NCBI GenBank assembly: GCA_903893625.1
Contig: CAITND010000151.1
Location: forward strand, 7,738-71,737
Direction of reading: 5' to 3'
DNA: 64,000 nt
DNA from: an uncultured Oscillatoriales cyanobacterium
Lineage (GTDB): Bacteria; Cyanobacteriota; Cyanobacteriia; Cyanobacteriales; Microcoleaceae
Part shown: piece after piece, positions 42,101-51,787 of the stretch
Layout: each line of letters starts with the position of its first letter
Position numbering within the stretch: the stretch's first letter is position 1
The notes under the pieces: generated by a model
Told to the model about the DNA's origin: nothing
The model's database searches: none
What the model saw: only the letters and a program-made list of their open reading frames with translations
Made by a program: the position numbers and the translations under genes

Positions 42101-42523
42101 AATTTGGGTAATTTCAATGGCAATTCTCAATAATTGACTCAAGGTTAATTCTCGATTGACCCAATAATCTGCTAGTGAAATATAACCTTGATCCTCCATA
42201 ATTAATGCCAACCCATTCCCATAGGGTTCCAAATCCAGAATCGGAACAATTCCTGATATATTTAGGTCTTTGGCAATCCGATATTGATTCCTAAATTCGA
42301 TCAGGGAGGGGACTGTTGGGAATTGACTGCGTAACAGTTTAATCACAACGGGGAGCCCGTCATGCAGACGAATCCCACGATAAACCAGTGTTCTAGAACC
42401 GTTATAGATAGGGTTAAGAATCTGATAGCCAGGTAGAGTGATCATAGCGGGGTTCTCGCTTGTCGAAACCAGGGAAGGGTGTCGTCTGGAAACAGGCTGT
42501 ACACCCATTAAAACCTCACCCAT
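36161..42523 (-). CDS. Giant multidomain signalling protein: Ser/Thr kinase, AAA+/STAND-like ATPase with helical repeats, GAF, PAS, then a class III adenylate/guanylate cyclase
   Basis: Kinase subdomains (HKDVKLQNILI, DFS, SPEQ), a P-loop GQSGIGKS, a GAF-like block, a PAS block, and C-terminal cyclase motifs (FADIRDFTSL...GDEIMALFGG); 2120 aa. Confidence 0.85.
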   Translation of the reverse strand: MGEVLMGVQPVSRRHPSLVSTSENPAMITLPGYQILNPIYNGSRTLVYRGIRLHDGLPVVIKLLRSQFPTVPSLIEFRNQYRIAKDLNISGIVPILDLEPYGNGLALIMEDQGYISLADYWVNRELTLSQLLRIAIEITQILEQLYQNRIIHKDVKLQNILIHPETLRVKLIDFSISTQLNHQNQDVANTQGLEGTLAYMSPEQTGRTHRRIDYRTDLYSLGVTLYQLLTRKLPFQSSDPLKLIHAHLAILPVPLIEIKPSLPVMLNNIILKLMAKNPLERYQTSLGLRHDLEFCLEQWENGGDIPLFSLATMDFNDRFIIPDKFYGRERELARLNSIFQNFQSEIIVITGQSGIGKSALVQEFYQTILQSSGYFIAGKFDQFKKNTPFWGWVQGIKQLIQQVLTEPPTNVEAWKTKLLEELADQGQVLIDVIPELKSFLGQQPAGNELDAYLDQNQFNRLIQKFIQVFAKPQHPLVIFLDDLQWADIESLRLIQVLMSPENYTHSIPQTLVLILAYRDEDIEAGHLLTKTLETLQNLGTPIHRISLNTLEESAMNQLIAETLVCPLERAKPLTELVSQQTQGNPFFARQFLQSLYTEELIWFDPPQSSLSNRDLLGGWQCDLTQIKTRSISPNILDLILYQLQQLPESTQNILKIAACLGHQFNVIDLATVTQTSYLETLKALEIALHAQFIVIARDIYPFCPLKTDVLSSSTLDPDETLPLLKPEFDQYKFIHDRVQQAAYLLIPSAQRQATHLKIGQLLLNQIRQQVNQPLETILTKLSPEVLLNIVNQLNLGVGLIRDQKERHQLALFNLMAGRKAKMTTAYQTAIGHLAIGLGLLAANSWESDYQLTLELYTEATEIAYLSDDFDHLHDWGNIVLEQAQTLSDKVRIYELMIQAYRNQYQDQNAVNLALEVCQQLGVTFGDDLSGENWQQLKQNFITDLAGRTPLDLLNLPELDDPNLITLFTILTSAFPSAYVATPQQFLVWVLKLVNLSCQHGNTALSSLVYAAFGFILCTQGEIELGNQIGELALRLADQKANSALKFKVKQLVYELIKPWKEPLKRLLPPLQTGYIQAQEAGNIDEAYCLAKAYIKMAYLIGKDVSELELEVAHCLNLFQDFKSPSELFVLQTYHQNLQILNGKLETHTLLDLTIYPKNWTRSVSEIGHSPLEIPFQLAVNLMVLNYRLGQLQQSREWSQQAEFYLVGQTPSVLLPIFYGYQSLIDLALYSELSSEQQQQTLEKVAQNQEKLNAWSSLEQINFSHYFYLVEAESNCIQGNYIKTIEALEQAINLAKTHQFIPEEALAYELAAKFYLGWEKEKIAKVYLIDAYYGYAHWGAFAKVKDLESDYPQLLNSILEQIALFQTGKTLNANTTETIVSSSHEGSAALDLATVMKASQALSQEIDLEQLLRRLIQVVIENAGAEKCCIILSKSGKLAIEAIANLSPVNGDSIEIHSLLQSLPVEQSETLPLLILNTVIQTQEFVIFADARQESRYRHDPYLVKQQPKSILCTPIQNRGKLIGILYLENNLATAVFTPERLEVLKILFSQAAISIDNAKLYSQVRANERQMTQFLEGIPVGVAVLDPTGKPHYTNQKAQELLKTKVIPGVFCETLFNIYQAYLNGCQENQSPQPVPYCDLYNPTPDTTFILEVNQGDQTILIENWVTPTYDEEGDLVYAILAFQDITKRQQTEQALRQAEEKYRSIFENASEGLFQTTPNGHYISANPALAKILGYDSPWDLMSTITNVEEQVYVDPQRRKDFTQLIDQQGEVSGFEFKAFRKDGSIIWISENARAVFNDQDELLYYEGFVVDITERKTAEEERIQFMEKLSELNQNLDEALDSEFELTDAAARFVPHEFLSFLGYESIVEVQLGAAVQKEMSILFADIRDFTSLSEDMTPEDNFKFINAFLSRMEPAIVENYGFIDKYIGDEIMALFGGSADDAVRAGIAMINRLNDYNETRQRPGRPPIKIGVGINTGGLMLGIVGGKNRLDSTVISDAVNVASRIENLTKNYGVSLLITNRTFMALEDANQYAIRIIDRVKVKGKSDAVTVYEVFDADLPTIKAGKLITKTTFEYGLLQHYLERYSEAARLFQECLDRNPQDLVAQIYLERCLSKMS

Positions 42524-42632
42524 TAATAATTATTAAGGCAGATTACGAAGCGGTTTGTTGGGTGTCAGGTGTTGGGTGTCAGAAGACAGCAGAGGAGACA
42601 GACAGAGGTTTTGCTTGGTCAGTCAACAGTTA

Positions 42633-42660
42633 GTACAGACGTGCCATGGCACGTCTGTAC
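42633..42660. repeat. 28-bp perfect palindrome, a variant copy GTACAGACGTGCCATGGCACGTCTGTAC
   Basis: Same element as at 22651 and 54087, but with a G-to-C change at arm position 4 mirrored by C-to-G on the other arm. It sits between the NERD-helicase stop and the kinase-cyclase start. Confidence 0.85.
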
Positions 42661-42696
42661 ACAGTCAACACCTCAGACTCTTTTAATGATAATTGA

Positions 42697-45453
42697 TCAG
42701 CGAGGGTGATCTAGCGGGTTTGCAAACATCTTACCATCAGGTAATATTGCCCCTGTCAAAATTGCTTCTGTACAGTTTGCTTCATTGAGAACAGCGCCCT
42801 GAAGATTGGCGTGGGAAAGATTAGCCTGAGTTAAATTTGCACCACTCAAATTCGCATCCTTTAAATCAGCATTCACCAATTGCGCCCTACTCAAATCGGC
42901 ATCGCTCAAGTCTGCCCGTCTCAAATCGCAATCATTTAGCAGAGTATGTTGTAAATTGGCACTAACTAACTTGACTCGCTTTAAGTTAGCACCGATCATT
43001 TCAGCTTGGCTCAAATTCGCTACTACTAATTTAGCGTGATTTAAGTTGGCATGGGTGAGATTGGCGTTTTGGAGATTTGCCCCAATTAAATTAGCATGAC
43101 TTAAATTAACCCCTGTTAAATCCAGGGATGAGAGGTTTGCGCCTTGAAAATTGCGATCGCCGCTTTTATATCTTCGCAGAAGTTCTCCTCCATCCGTAAT
43201 ACTAATATCTCTTGGAGGTGAAAACAGCAAACGAAACGTTAATGTATTGCCACTTTCGATCACCCGTCCTAATTCTTCATAGAGGGGATAGGAACCTAAA
43301 CCGCTTAACCTCAACCAACCCCGTGAACGAGTCATCGCCACAAATAATTGATTACGAAAATTGAGATTATTCTCAGCAGTGGCAATTTGCTCTAAACCGA
43401 CAATATAAACCATATCGGCTTCATGTCCTTTTGCCCGATGAATCCGCGAAATTGTCACGCCTCCTTCACACCAAAATTGATTAGCATTTTGGTTATGATA
43501 ACTGGGTTTAATAATATTACAATCCGGTGTTCCGGGGATAAAAATATCAATTCCTTGCTGGATTAAAAAATTAGCAATATAGGTTTCTAATTGAATCGCC
43601 TCCCAACCCATTCCTAAGACAATCACTAAAATTTCCCGACTGGGACGCAAGCCATCAATTTTTAAGTTATAAAGAATGCGATCGCTTAAAGCTGTTAATT
43701 CTTCTGAACGAGAATGATAGGCTTCAAATTCAATCACGGGTTTTTTCCATAACGCTGCAACTGGGTTAGGAGAATTGGATTCAGAACGATGGAGAGTAAT
43801 AGTTTCACCCAGTTTAAAAGGAGAATTTAAGGGAGATTTTTCGTTAGATTCTAAATTCGGTAAAATCACTTGATAACCCATTGTTTGCCAATCTTCTGCC
43901 CACTTCATTCCTGTTAATAATCCTTGGGGACGTAATAACCCCAGACCAATCCCGTGAGCCGCCGTTAAAATCGGGGCAGGAATCCGATAACATCGAGACA
44001 TAATCTCTGTTTTTTGTATCCCATTCCCATATTCCCCCGTTACTAATTGTCCTAACTCATCCCCAAATAATTCACTCGCCGTTGGTACTTTTAAACTCTC
44101 TAAACTTTGAACTTCATCATAGGCCCAAATTAAGCGTTTCTGAGGAGTTTCCGAACTATTTCCCTCCTGAAGATTAACAGGACGTAAGGCTTGATAAGCC
44201 ATCCAATAAAAAGGCTGTTTTCCTTCAAATTTTAGATCCTCATCGACCATAAAATCTTGACCTTCATCAATTAGAACGGCATCAAAAATAGTTGGAATTG
44301 TTGCCGATTTCAATAAGTGACAACAAGCTTCTGCTAAAGCTTCATTTGCTTTTAAACGAGTGGTTTGTTGTACACTTTGGCTCCAAACTCCCGCAGATTG
44401 ACAAATGGTGCGATAAAAACCCGGTTGATCTTTTGATCCCCAAGCATGGAGAACTTTTAATTTAGAATTTTGGGGATCATAACCAATTTGATTACAACTA
44501 AACCGCCTTAACCATTGATCCACCTGTTGCAAAATAGGCTCATATAAACTCCGACTAAAAAATACTAAAACTAGATCCCATTCAGGATGTTTAAGGTGCA
44601 TTTGTGCCACTTTTTGACACAATAACACCGTTTTTCCTGAACCCGCAATTCCTCGAATTCGTTGGGGCCCTGGGGGAATTACTTTAGCAATTTGTTCCTG
44701 TTGTAAATCCAGTTCAGAAATCCGTTGTCTAACAATCGCTAATACCGCACTCCGCGTTAAAGACGTCTCTAAATGATCGGTTTGACTAAAAACAAATCGA
44801 CGACTCGGCGGACGAAACAACGATGTTCCGCTAATCACCCCCTTTAACACCCGCCATTGTTCCTCAGAAAGTTCCTCCCCCCTCGTCACTAACGGTGCTT
44901 TCTGAATGGCCTCAATTAAACTGGGGGGTTGACTGTTAAGTGACAACTGACACCCTAGATCTTCTTGAAATAAAATAGGAGGAGAACTGGGTAAAAGATT
45001 AAACCCTCGATATTGCCATTGAGATTGAAGAATGCGAGGTAAGGCGACTAATACACGACTTGGAACCTTCTGATGTAGGATTTCTTCTAAATTGCAATAG
45101 TCCAACAGCGCAAATAGTTGATGTTCCGCTTGTTGATAAGGATTCGCCTGGGTGGTATAAAATTCTTGCAGTTCCCAACAATGACCTGTAATATTAAGAA
45201 TTTGGTCAATCGTTATTGATTTCACCTCAATAATAATTAATCCCAATTCTGCATCTACGATTAAAATATCGGGTTCTTTCCGAAACCTTCCCAGTTTCGA
45301 GAAAATAGGATAACGCCAATAGGCAATACAATCTCGTTTGGCCCAGGTTTGGCAAATCACCTTCCAGACTTTATATTCAGCTTGTTCACCTGCTTGAAAC
45401 AGGGGTTCAGTCGTGATAAATTTGCGATCTTGGGACTGGGCATCTCCCATCAT
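42697..45453 (-). CDS. NERD domain, SF1 (UvrD-like) helicase-like ATPase and C-terminal pentapeptide-repeat fusion protein
   Basis: N-terminal NERD-like block (RKEPDILIVDAELGLIIIEVKS), Walker A GIAGSGKT, Walker B/DEAQ-like VLIDEGQDF, motif VI-like FVAMTRSRGWL, then about 170 aa of A(N/D)LxxA(N/D)L pentapeptide repeats; 918 aa. Confidence 0.7.
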   Translation of the reverse strand: MMGDAQSQDRKFITTEPLFQAGEQAEYKVWKVICQTWAKRDCIAYWRYPIFSKLGRFRKEPDILIVDAELGLIIIEVKSITIDQILNITGHCWELQEFYTTQANPYQQAEHQLFALLDYCNLEEILHQKVPSRVLVALPRILQSQWQYRGFNLLPSSPPILFQEDLGCQLSLNSQPPSLIEAIQKAPLVTRGEELSEEQWRVLKGVISGTSLFRPPSRRFVFSQTDHLETSLTRSAVLAIVRQRISELDLQQEQIAKVIPPGPQRIRGIAGSGKTVLLCQKVAQMHLKHPEWDLVLVFFSRSLYEPILQQVDQWLRRFSCNQIGYDPQNSKLKVLHAWGSKDQPGFYRTICQSAGVWSQSVQQTTRLKANEALAEACCHLLKSATIPTIFDAVLIDEGQDFMVDEDLKFEGKQPFYWMAYQALRPVNLQEGNSSETPQKRLIWAYDEVQSLESLKVPTASELFGDELGQLVTGEYGNGIQKTEIMSRCYRIPAPILTAAHGIGLGLLRPQGLLTGMKWAEDWQTMGYQVILPNLESNEKSPLNSPFKLGETITLHRSESNSPNPVAALWKKPVIEFEAYHSRSEELTALSDRILYNLKIDGLRPSREILVIVLGMGWEAIQLETYIANFLIQQGIDIFIPGTPDCNIIKPSYHNQNANQFWCEGGVTISRIHRAKGHEADMVYIVGLEQIATAENNLNFRNQLFVAMTRSRGWLRLSGLGSYPLYEELGRVIESGNTLTFRLLFSPPRDISITDGGELLRRYKSGDRNFQGANLSSLDLTGVNLSHANLIGANLQNANLTHANLNHAKLVVANLSQAEMIGANLKRVKLVSANLQHTLLNDCDLRRADLSDADLSRAQLVNADLKDANLSGANLTQANLSHANLQGAVLNEANCTEAILTGAILPDGKMFANPLDHPR

Positions 45454-45494
45454 TGTTTAGGGTTTGTTGTCTGTTGTCTGTTGTCTGTTGTCTG
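45452..45494. repeat. (TGTTGTC)n heptamer tandem repeat, about 6 copies
   Basis: gtttgttgtctgttgtctgttgtctgttgtctgtt lies in the divergent promoter region between the NERD-helicase gene and the HEAT-repeat gene. Confidence 0.9.
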
Positions 45495-45579
45495 TTAACA
45501 TCTCTAGGAGTGTCAACTTGTGTCAAGCTCTGTTAACTTTGTTTTACCGGATATCCACCCTAGTTGATCACAAACTCAA

Positions 45580-46707
45580 TTGAGTCTTATGGCTCCTTTT
45601 TATCGCCTAATCTTATTTGTATTCGCCTGTATTGCCTACTGGGGTGGAACTTCCTGCTTTAGTAGCAGTGCGATTGCTGCGATTGAGAACGAAACCCAAC
45701 GGCTAACAAACACAACCGGGTCTGTCTCTAGCTTACCGCCAACGGAAATATCCGATTTAGGGCGTTCCGATCTATCTTGGCAAATTGCTCAGAATAACCC
45801 AGAGAAACCACCCAAAAAAGACGCTAAAACACCGCCAAAACCCAAAAAAAACCCCTTCCGTTTTCCCTCACGGTCGTTACTTCTAGGGGTAGGAGCTTTA
45901 ATTGTTACAGGAGGAGCCATTTTAATCTTAATTCGGCTCATGAGTTATCCTGATGACGAGGAAGGTACAGTGGTGGATATTGAGGCGCAAACGGTGACAG
46001 AATCTCATCGTGAACCGCAGGAAACCCAACGCAAGCCGCCCCCTCCTCCATCGGTACAGGTTATGGCGATTACACAGGGAGAGACGCAAGCCGCCCCAAC
46101 CGTAATCCAACAAAATCAGCCCCCCGCTTCCTTAGAGCAGAATGGTTATCGAGACACAAGATTAAAGGTTTCTCCCACCGATACACCCTCCGAAAAACCA
46201 ACTGCATCTGAAAACCCCCCTCCGGTGAATAACTCGGTGACGGATACGGTTAATATTCACCCACATTCCTATCAGTCGAAACTTGATCCCCAGGAACAAT
46301 GGATTAACGATTTAAAACAAATCAACCCAGATATTAGAAATAATGCCATTTGGGAACTTGCTCAAGCAGGAGATTCGAGAGCTATTCAAGCTTTATTAGA
46401 GTTATTAATTCATTCCGATTCTAATCAACGCAGTTTAGTTTTAGCCGCCCTTTCAGAAATTGGATCTCGCACGTTAAAACCCCTAAACCGGGCTTTAAGT
46501 TTGTCCCTTCAAGATGAAAATGCCGAAGTTAGAAAAAATGCGATTCGAGATTTAACCCGAATTTATGATTTAGCCACCCAAATGAGTCAAATTTTACAAC
46601 GAGCCATCGATGATCCCGATCCAGAAGTTCAAGAAATGGCAAAATGGGCAACTAATCGATTAAGTCGCCTCCGTTCTGTTTCCAGTCGTGATGAACCTCC
46701 GATTTGA
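45580..46707 (+). CDS. Membrane-anchored protein with a Pro-rich linker and a HEAT/PBS-lyase-like repeat C-terminal domain
   Basis: N-terminal hydrophobic segment, a second transmembrane helix, a P/T/Q-rich spacer, then HEAT-like repeats (IRNNAIWELAQAGDSRAIQALLELL..., VRKNAIRDL, DPDPEVQEMAKWA). Confidence 0.55.
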   Translation: MSLMAPFYRLILFVFACIAYWGGTSCFSSSAIAAIENETQRLTNTTGSVSSLPPTEISDLGRSDLSWQIAQNNPEKPPKKDAKTPPKPKKNPFRFPSRSLLLGVGALIVTGGAILILIRLMSYPDDEEGTVVDIEAQTVTESHREPQETQRKPPPPPSVQVMAITQGETQAAPTVIQQNQPPASLEQNGYRDTRLKVSPTDTPSEKPTASENPPPVNNSVTDTVNIHPHSYQSKLDPQEQWINDLKQINPDIRNNAIWELAQAGDSRAIQALLELLIHSDSNQRSLVLAALSEIGSRTLKPLNRALSLSLQDENAEVRKNAIRDLTRIYDLATQMSQILQRAIDDPDPEVQEMAKWATNRLSRLRSVSSRDEPPI

Positions 46708-46891
46708 TGGTGTTGTTCAGAATTTTATTTCATATTAATACGGAACTTATGCAGAAAAATGTTATGTAGTGTTTCTGTGTTAGTCCTGTCTATAAGCTAA
46801 TCATAATTTTCAAATTCTAGGCAAAGTTCTATCGCCTCTTGAATCCGTGACCTAAGCTCATCAATTGCATTCAATAATAAGCTTAGAAGCT

Positions 46892-47845
46892 TTAGGTAGG
46901 ATGTTTGACTGTAGGAAGATGAACACCAACATAACCAATAATTACTTTTTCTGTTTTACGTTCTAGGAAAAAATGAATTCGCCAATTACATTGTTTCAGC
47001 TTAATATGTTGATCAAATAAACGTTCTTTTCCATCAGGACACAGAAAAGTTCGTTCTCTCCAATATTGCTCAAGTGTTCGTTGACTTTCTCCAGAAACAT
47101 CAAGAGAATATCCTTCTAAACTAAATTCTTTGCACCCTTGATTAATCCAAATTTTTGCATATTCTTCTAATTTTTCTAAAGTTTCTACAACCCATTCTAA
47201 TTTATCCTCTCCTGAACCAAGTATACGCAATTGTTTAGTACCTGTTTTACAAAATTGTAAATTAGGGAATAACTCATCTTTACGATTCCATAAATCATTG
47301 CCATCATATCTTTCCCTTTGTGGATTTGGAGGTAAATAATGTTCCGGTATATTTTTAACTTGGTCAGCATTGGTTAAATTATAAATTTCTATAATCTCTG
47401 AAGGATTTTCATCCAGCTTGAACAAGACATTGATCAATTCGCTCGAAAAATCAGGTGCTTGCTGTAAGCTAATCAAAATTCCTTGTAAGTATGCTGCACC
47501 AGCCAATGAACTTTCACAATAGTCTTGGCTATTAAGTTCGCATTCCCAATATTCAAGCTCTTGTTTTAAAATATCTAAGATAAAAGGCCCGCTTGTAAAT
47601 AATTGGATCAACAATACGGCTTGCGCTTGCTCATTAGAAAATGATTTGTCATATACCCAATTTTTTACTGTATAGTTTTCTGCAATTTTGCAATTTGAAA
47701 ATAATTCATGTACATAAATATAATCATTTCCTTGAATTGGTTCAATTGTTTTGATAACCTCTGCTAGAGCTTTCATAAGAGTGTCAGCATCATAAATATT
47801 TTCAGCTTGTCCAATAAAAGATAGTTCGTTAATTAAGAAATTCAT
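46892..47845 (-). CDS. Hypothetical protein, third gene of the DUF262/AAA operon
   Basis: 317-aa ORF whose start overlaps the stop of the AAA gene by 1 nt (TAATG). It has AT-rich codon usage and no recognisable catalytic motif. Confidence 0.5.
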   Translation of the reverse strand: MNFLINELSFIGQAENIYDADTLMKALAEVIKTIEPIQGNDYIYVHELFSNCKIAENYTVKNWVYDKSFSNEQAQAVLLIQLFTSGPFILDILKQELEYWECELNSQDYCESSLAGAAYLQGILISLQQAPDFSSELINVLFKLDENPSEIIEIYNLTNADQVKNIPEHYLPPNPQRERYDGNDLWNRKDELFPNLQFCKTGTKQLRILGSGEDKLEWVVETLEKLEEYAKIWINQGCKEFSLEGYSLDVSGESQRTLEQYWRERTFLCPDGKERLFDQHIKLKQCNWRIHFFLERKTEKVIIGYVGVHLPTVKHPT

Positions 47846-48939
47846 TACATTAATTGGATTAAATCTTTTTGAGTTTGATCAAAAAAGCCAGCAGGCCATT
47901 GATTAATTCGACCATTTTTATCTATTTTAGGCGATAATACTTCTGTGATTAATTGTCCATCCTCGTCTATCCGTTGAAAATAGTGTAACTGAACATCTTC
48001 AGGTTTTATTTTAGCATTATTAATCGCAAGACGAATCCCATTTAAAACATGATCGCTATGAGTTTCTACAACAATTTGAACCCCACAACTTGCCGCAAGT
48101 GCTAACAGTTGGCCTATTTGGGATTGTCCTTTAGGATGAAGATGGGCTTCGGGGTTTTCTATTAATATTAATGTACCGGGTTTAGATGACAATACGGCTA
48201 CAATAATTGGTAAAACATAACTAATTCCAAAACCTACGTTAGTAGCACGACGTTGATTACTCAGGTCAGAAGAATATTGTAAATTAATTAAATCTAGTTG
48301 TGGATTATTATTAATTGTAATTTGTGTTCCAGGGCTAACTTCTCCCATCCATGCTTGAACCTGAAATCCTAGTTTTGATGATTCTTCAGATGGATGACTA
48401 AGCACACTATTGGGAATAGAATCAGACTTATAAAGAGCTAAAAAATGTGCTGTATATTCGCCTCTAGTACCAATTTGCTTATGTATTCGCACCTGAAAGT
48501 CTGACATTTCTAAATAGGCACGAGGGCCAATACGTTCAGCTTGTAAATAGTGGAAATTGTCACTAAACAGATTTGATTTATAAATTTCAGAAGTCACTTC
48601 AGGTGAGGTTAAATCTAGAACATCTGCATCTTCATTATAATTAAAACACCATGTTCCTTCAAGTCTATTGCTCCAAGTCATTGTAAAACCAATTGAGTCT
48701 TCTTCTGCATCTTCAAATAAAGCATCTTTTGCTGTCCCAAGGCATACTAAGTCACCATTCAATGCTAATCCTGTTTCTGGTAATAAATCTTGTTGATAAG
48801 ATTGACGCAAAAGTAGTAGAGACTGTAGCACAGAAGATTTACCAGTGCTATTTAGACCTGAAAGTAGAGTCAAGGATTTAAACTGAAGTGATTGTTCTTC
48901 AAAACATTTAAAATTTTCCAACTTTAGAGAATGAATCAT
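47845..48939 (-). CDS. ABC-type AAA ATPase (AAA_21/DUF3696-like)
   Basis: N-terminus IHSLKLENFKCF...LLSGLNSTGKSSVLQSL is an SMC/ABC-style Walker A. The C-terminus LILIENPEAHLHPKGQ is a Walker B/D-loop with an H-loop-like THSDHV, and a terminal WPAGFF segment is typical of DUF3696. Start overlaps the upstream gene stop by 4 nt (ATGA). Confidence 0.75.
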   Translation of the reverse strand: MIHSLKLENFKCFEEQSLQFKSLTLLSGLNSTGKSSVLQSLLLLRQSYQQDLLPETGLALNGDLVCLGTAKDALFEDAEEDSIGFTMTWSNRLEGTWCFNYNEDADVLDLTSPEVTSEIYKSNLFSDNFHYLQAERIGPRAYLEMSDFQVRIHKQIGTRGEYTAHFLALYKSDSIPNSVLSHPSEESSKLGFQVQAWMGEVSPGTQITINNNPQLDLINLQYSSDLSNQRRATNVGFGISYVLPIIVAVLSSKPGTLILIENPEAHLHPKGQSQIGQLLALAASCGVQIVVETHSDHVLNGIRLAINNAKIKPEDVQLHYFQRIDEDGQLITEVLSPKIDKNGRINQWPAGFFDQTQKDLIQLM

Positions 48940-50141
48940 GCTAATACCTCTTGAATTAATTGTTCTACTTTACTAAACCTAACTGTTACTTTTTCAGCAG
49001 CTTGAGAAATTGATCTAAAAAACTCCGAATCATTTTCTACTAGATTAATAAATTGATTGATTAAAATTTCTTTTCTTTCTTTAAGTTTTTCTAAATCAAA
49101 GTTACTAAGTTGACTGAGACTGACAGACCAAACTTCAAATAAAGCCTGGTTAATTGGATTATGCTTAGAATTACTTTTGGGTTTTTTCCGAAAAGCACCT
49201 TCTCCAAAAATATCATAGGCTGCAACCATTGCACGTTTAAAATTCAACTCGATCTCCTTGATCTGATTTTCGGATAAATTTTTATTAATTTTCTCCATTG
49301 TTTTATGAAAGAATTCATCTCTACTTTTGGACTTAGGAAAATCGGAATAATTATTTAGTGTATAAGCTAAAAATCCCAAAATAAACTCCTGATCAATCAT
49401 TCTCTGTTGTCTTTTAGATTTATCAAGTTTTGTAACTTTTTTAAACTCGTCTATTTCCGTTAATTTAGCCAATAATTTAGTGGCTTTTCCTTGATTAAGT
49501 GCGTTGCGAAGTTCTTGAGGTGATAGAGGAACTCCACCCGTATTAATTCGTCTAAATATACTGTACTTAACTTCAGTAGGTGTACCTTCTTCAATCACAT
49601 ATAATAGTAACTGAGTTTCAAGGATACGACGCTGATATTTACGCGGAAGTTCATCATAAGTTTTGTATTCAAGATCGGTTAAATAATCTAGCTTAGTTAA
49701 CTTTAATTTATTTGTCCTTAATTGAGTATCATTAGAATCAGGTTCTAGGATAAATTGTTTTAGTGCTGTTAATCGTTGTAATCCGTCTATAACTATCCAT
49801 TTATCCTCATCAGTAGCATCAATATAAAAAGCAGGTAAAGGAATACGAATTAGAATAGACTCAATGAGTTTACTTTTAGCGGCATCAGTCCAAACTTCTT
49901 TACGCTGAAAATCTGGTGAAAGTTCAAGCTCTCCATGTTTAATTCGGTTGAGCATAAGGTCGATGGTCATTGGTCGAGTATCAACTCTAATTTTAGTTGG
50001 ATCGAATGGTTGATTTATTACTTCATCATTTGTTTCAATTTTTTCATCATCATCTTCATCATCTAGTTGAGTCTCTATATTACTATTAATGTCAGTGTTT
50101 ATATTTATAAATTCACCAGTTTCGTTCTTATGATTTACCAT
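48936..50141 (-). CDS. DUF262 (ParB/Srx-like NTPase or nuclease domain; GmrS/DndB-related) protein
   Basis: DUF262 hallmark PDFQRKEVWTDAAKSKLIESI...IDGLQRLTAL (the DGQQR-type motif) with an extended helical C-terminus; 401 aa. An Asp/Glu-rich low-complexity stretch lies at the N-terminus. Confidence 0.75.
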   Translation of the reverse strand: MVNHKNETGEFININTDINSNIETQLDDEDDDEKIETNDEVINQPFDPTKIRVDTRPMTIDLMLNRIKHGELELSPDFQRKEVWTDAAKSKLIESILIRIPLPAFYIDATDEDKWIVIDGLQRLTALKQFILEPDSNDTQLRTNKLKLTKLDYLTDLEYKTYDELPRKYQRRILETQLLLYVIEEGTPTEVKYSIFRRINTGGVPLSPQELRNALNQGKATKLLAKLTEIDEFKKVTKLDKSKRQQRMIDQEFILGFLAYTLNNYSDFPKSKSRDEFFHKTMEKINKNLSENQIKEIELNFKRAMVAAYDIFGEGAFRKKPKSNSKHNPINQALFEVWSVSLSQLSNFDLEKLKERKEILINQFINLVENDSEFFRSISQAAEKVTVRFSKVEQLIQEVLA

Positions 50142-50260
50142 AATATATGCTCCTATCTACTAATATTAATTTTAAATTTACAAATTAATAGCGCATAGGG
50201 CGATCGAATGCGATCGCCCTTTTAATTATACGCATTTATTCCCTTTAGGGAAAGAGGTTA

Positions 50261-51679
<1,419 letters not shown>

Positions 51680-51787
51680 TTAATCGGATGTTAGTTAATC
51701 AAAATTTGACAAGACTATCCATGACTTAAAATCTTGCGGATTCAAAGTCTAACCTCGATTAAGAATTAGGGAAACTAAGCCGGGAAA

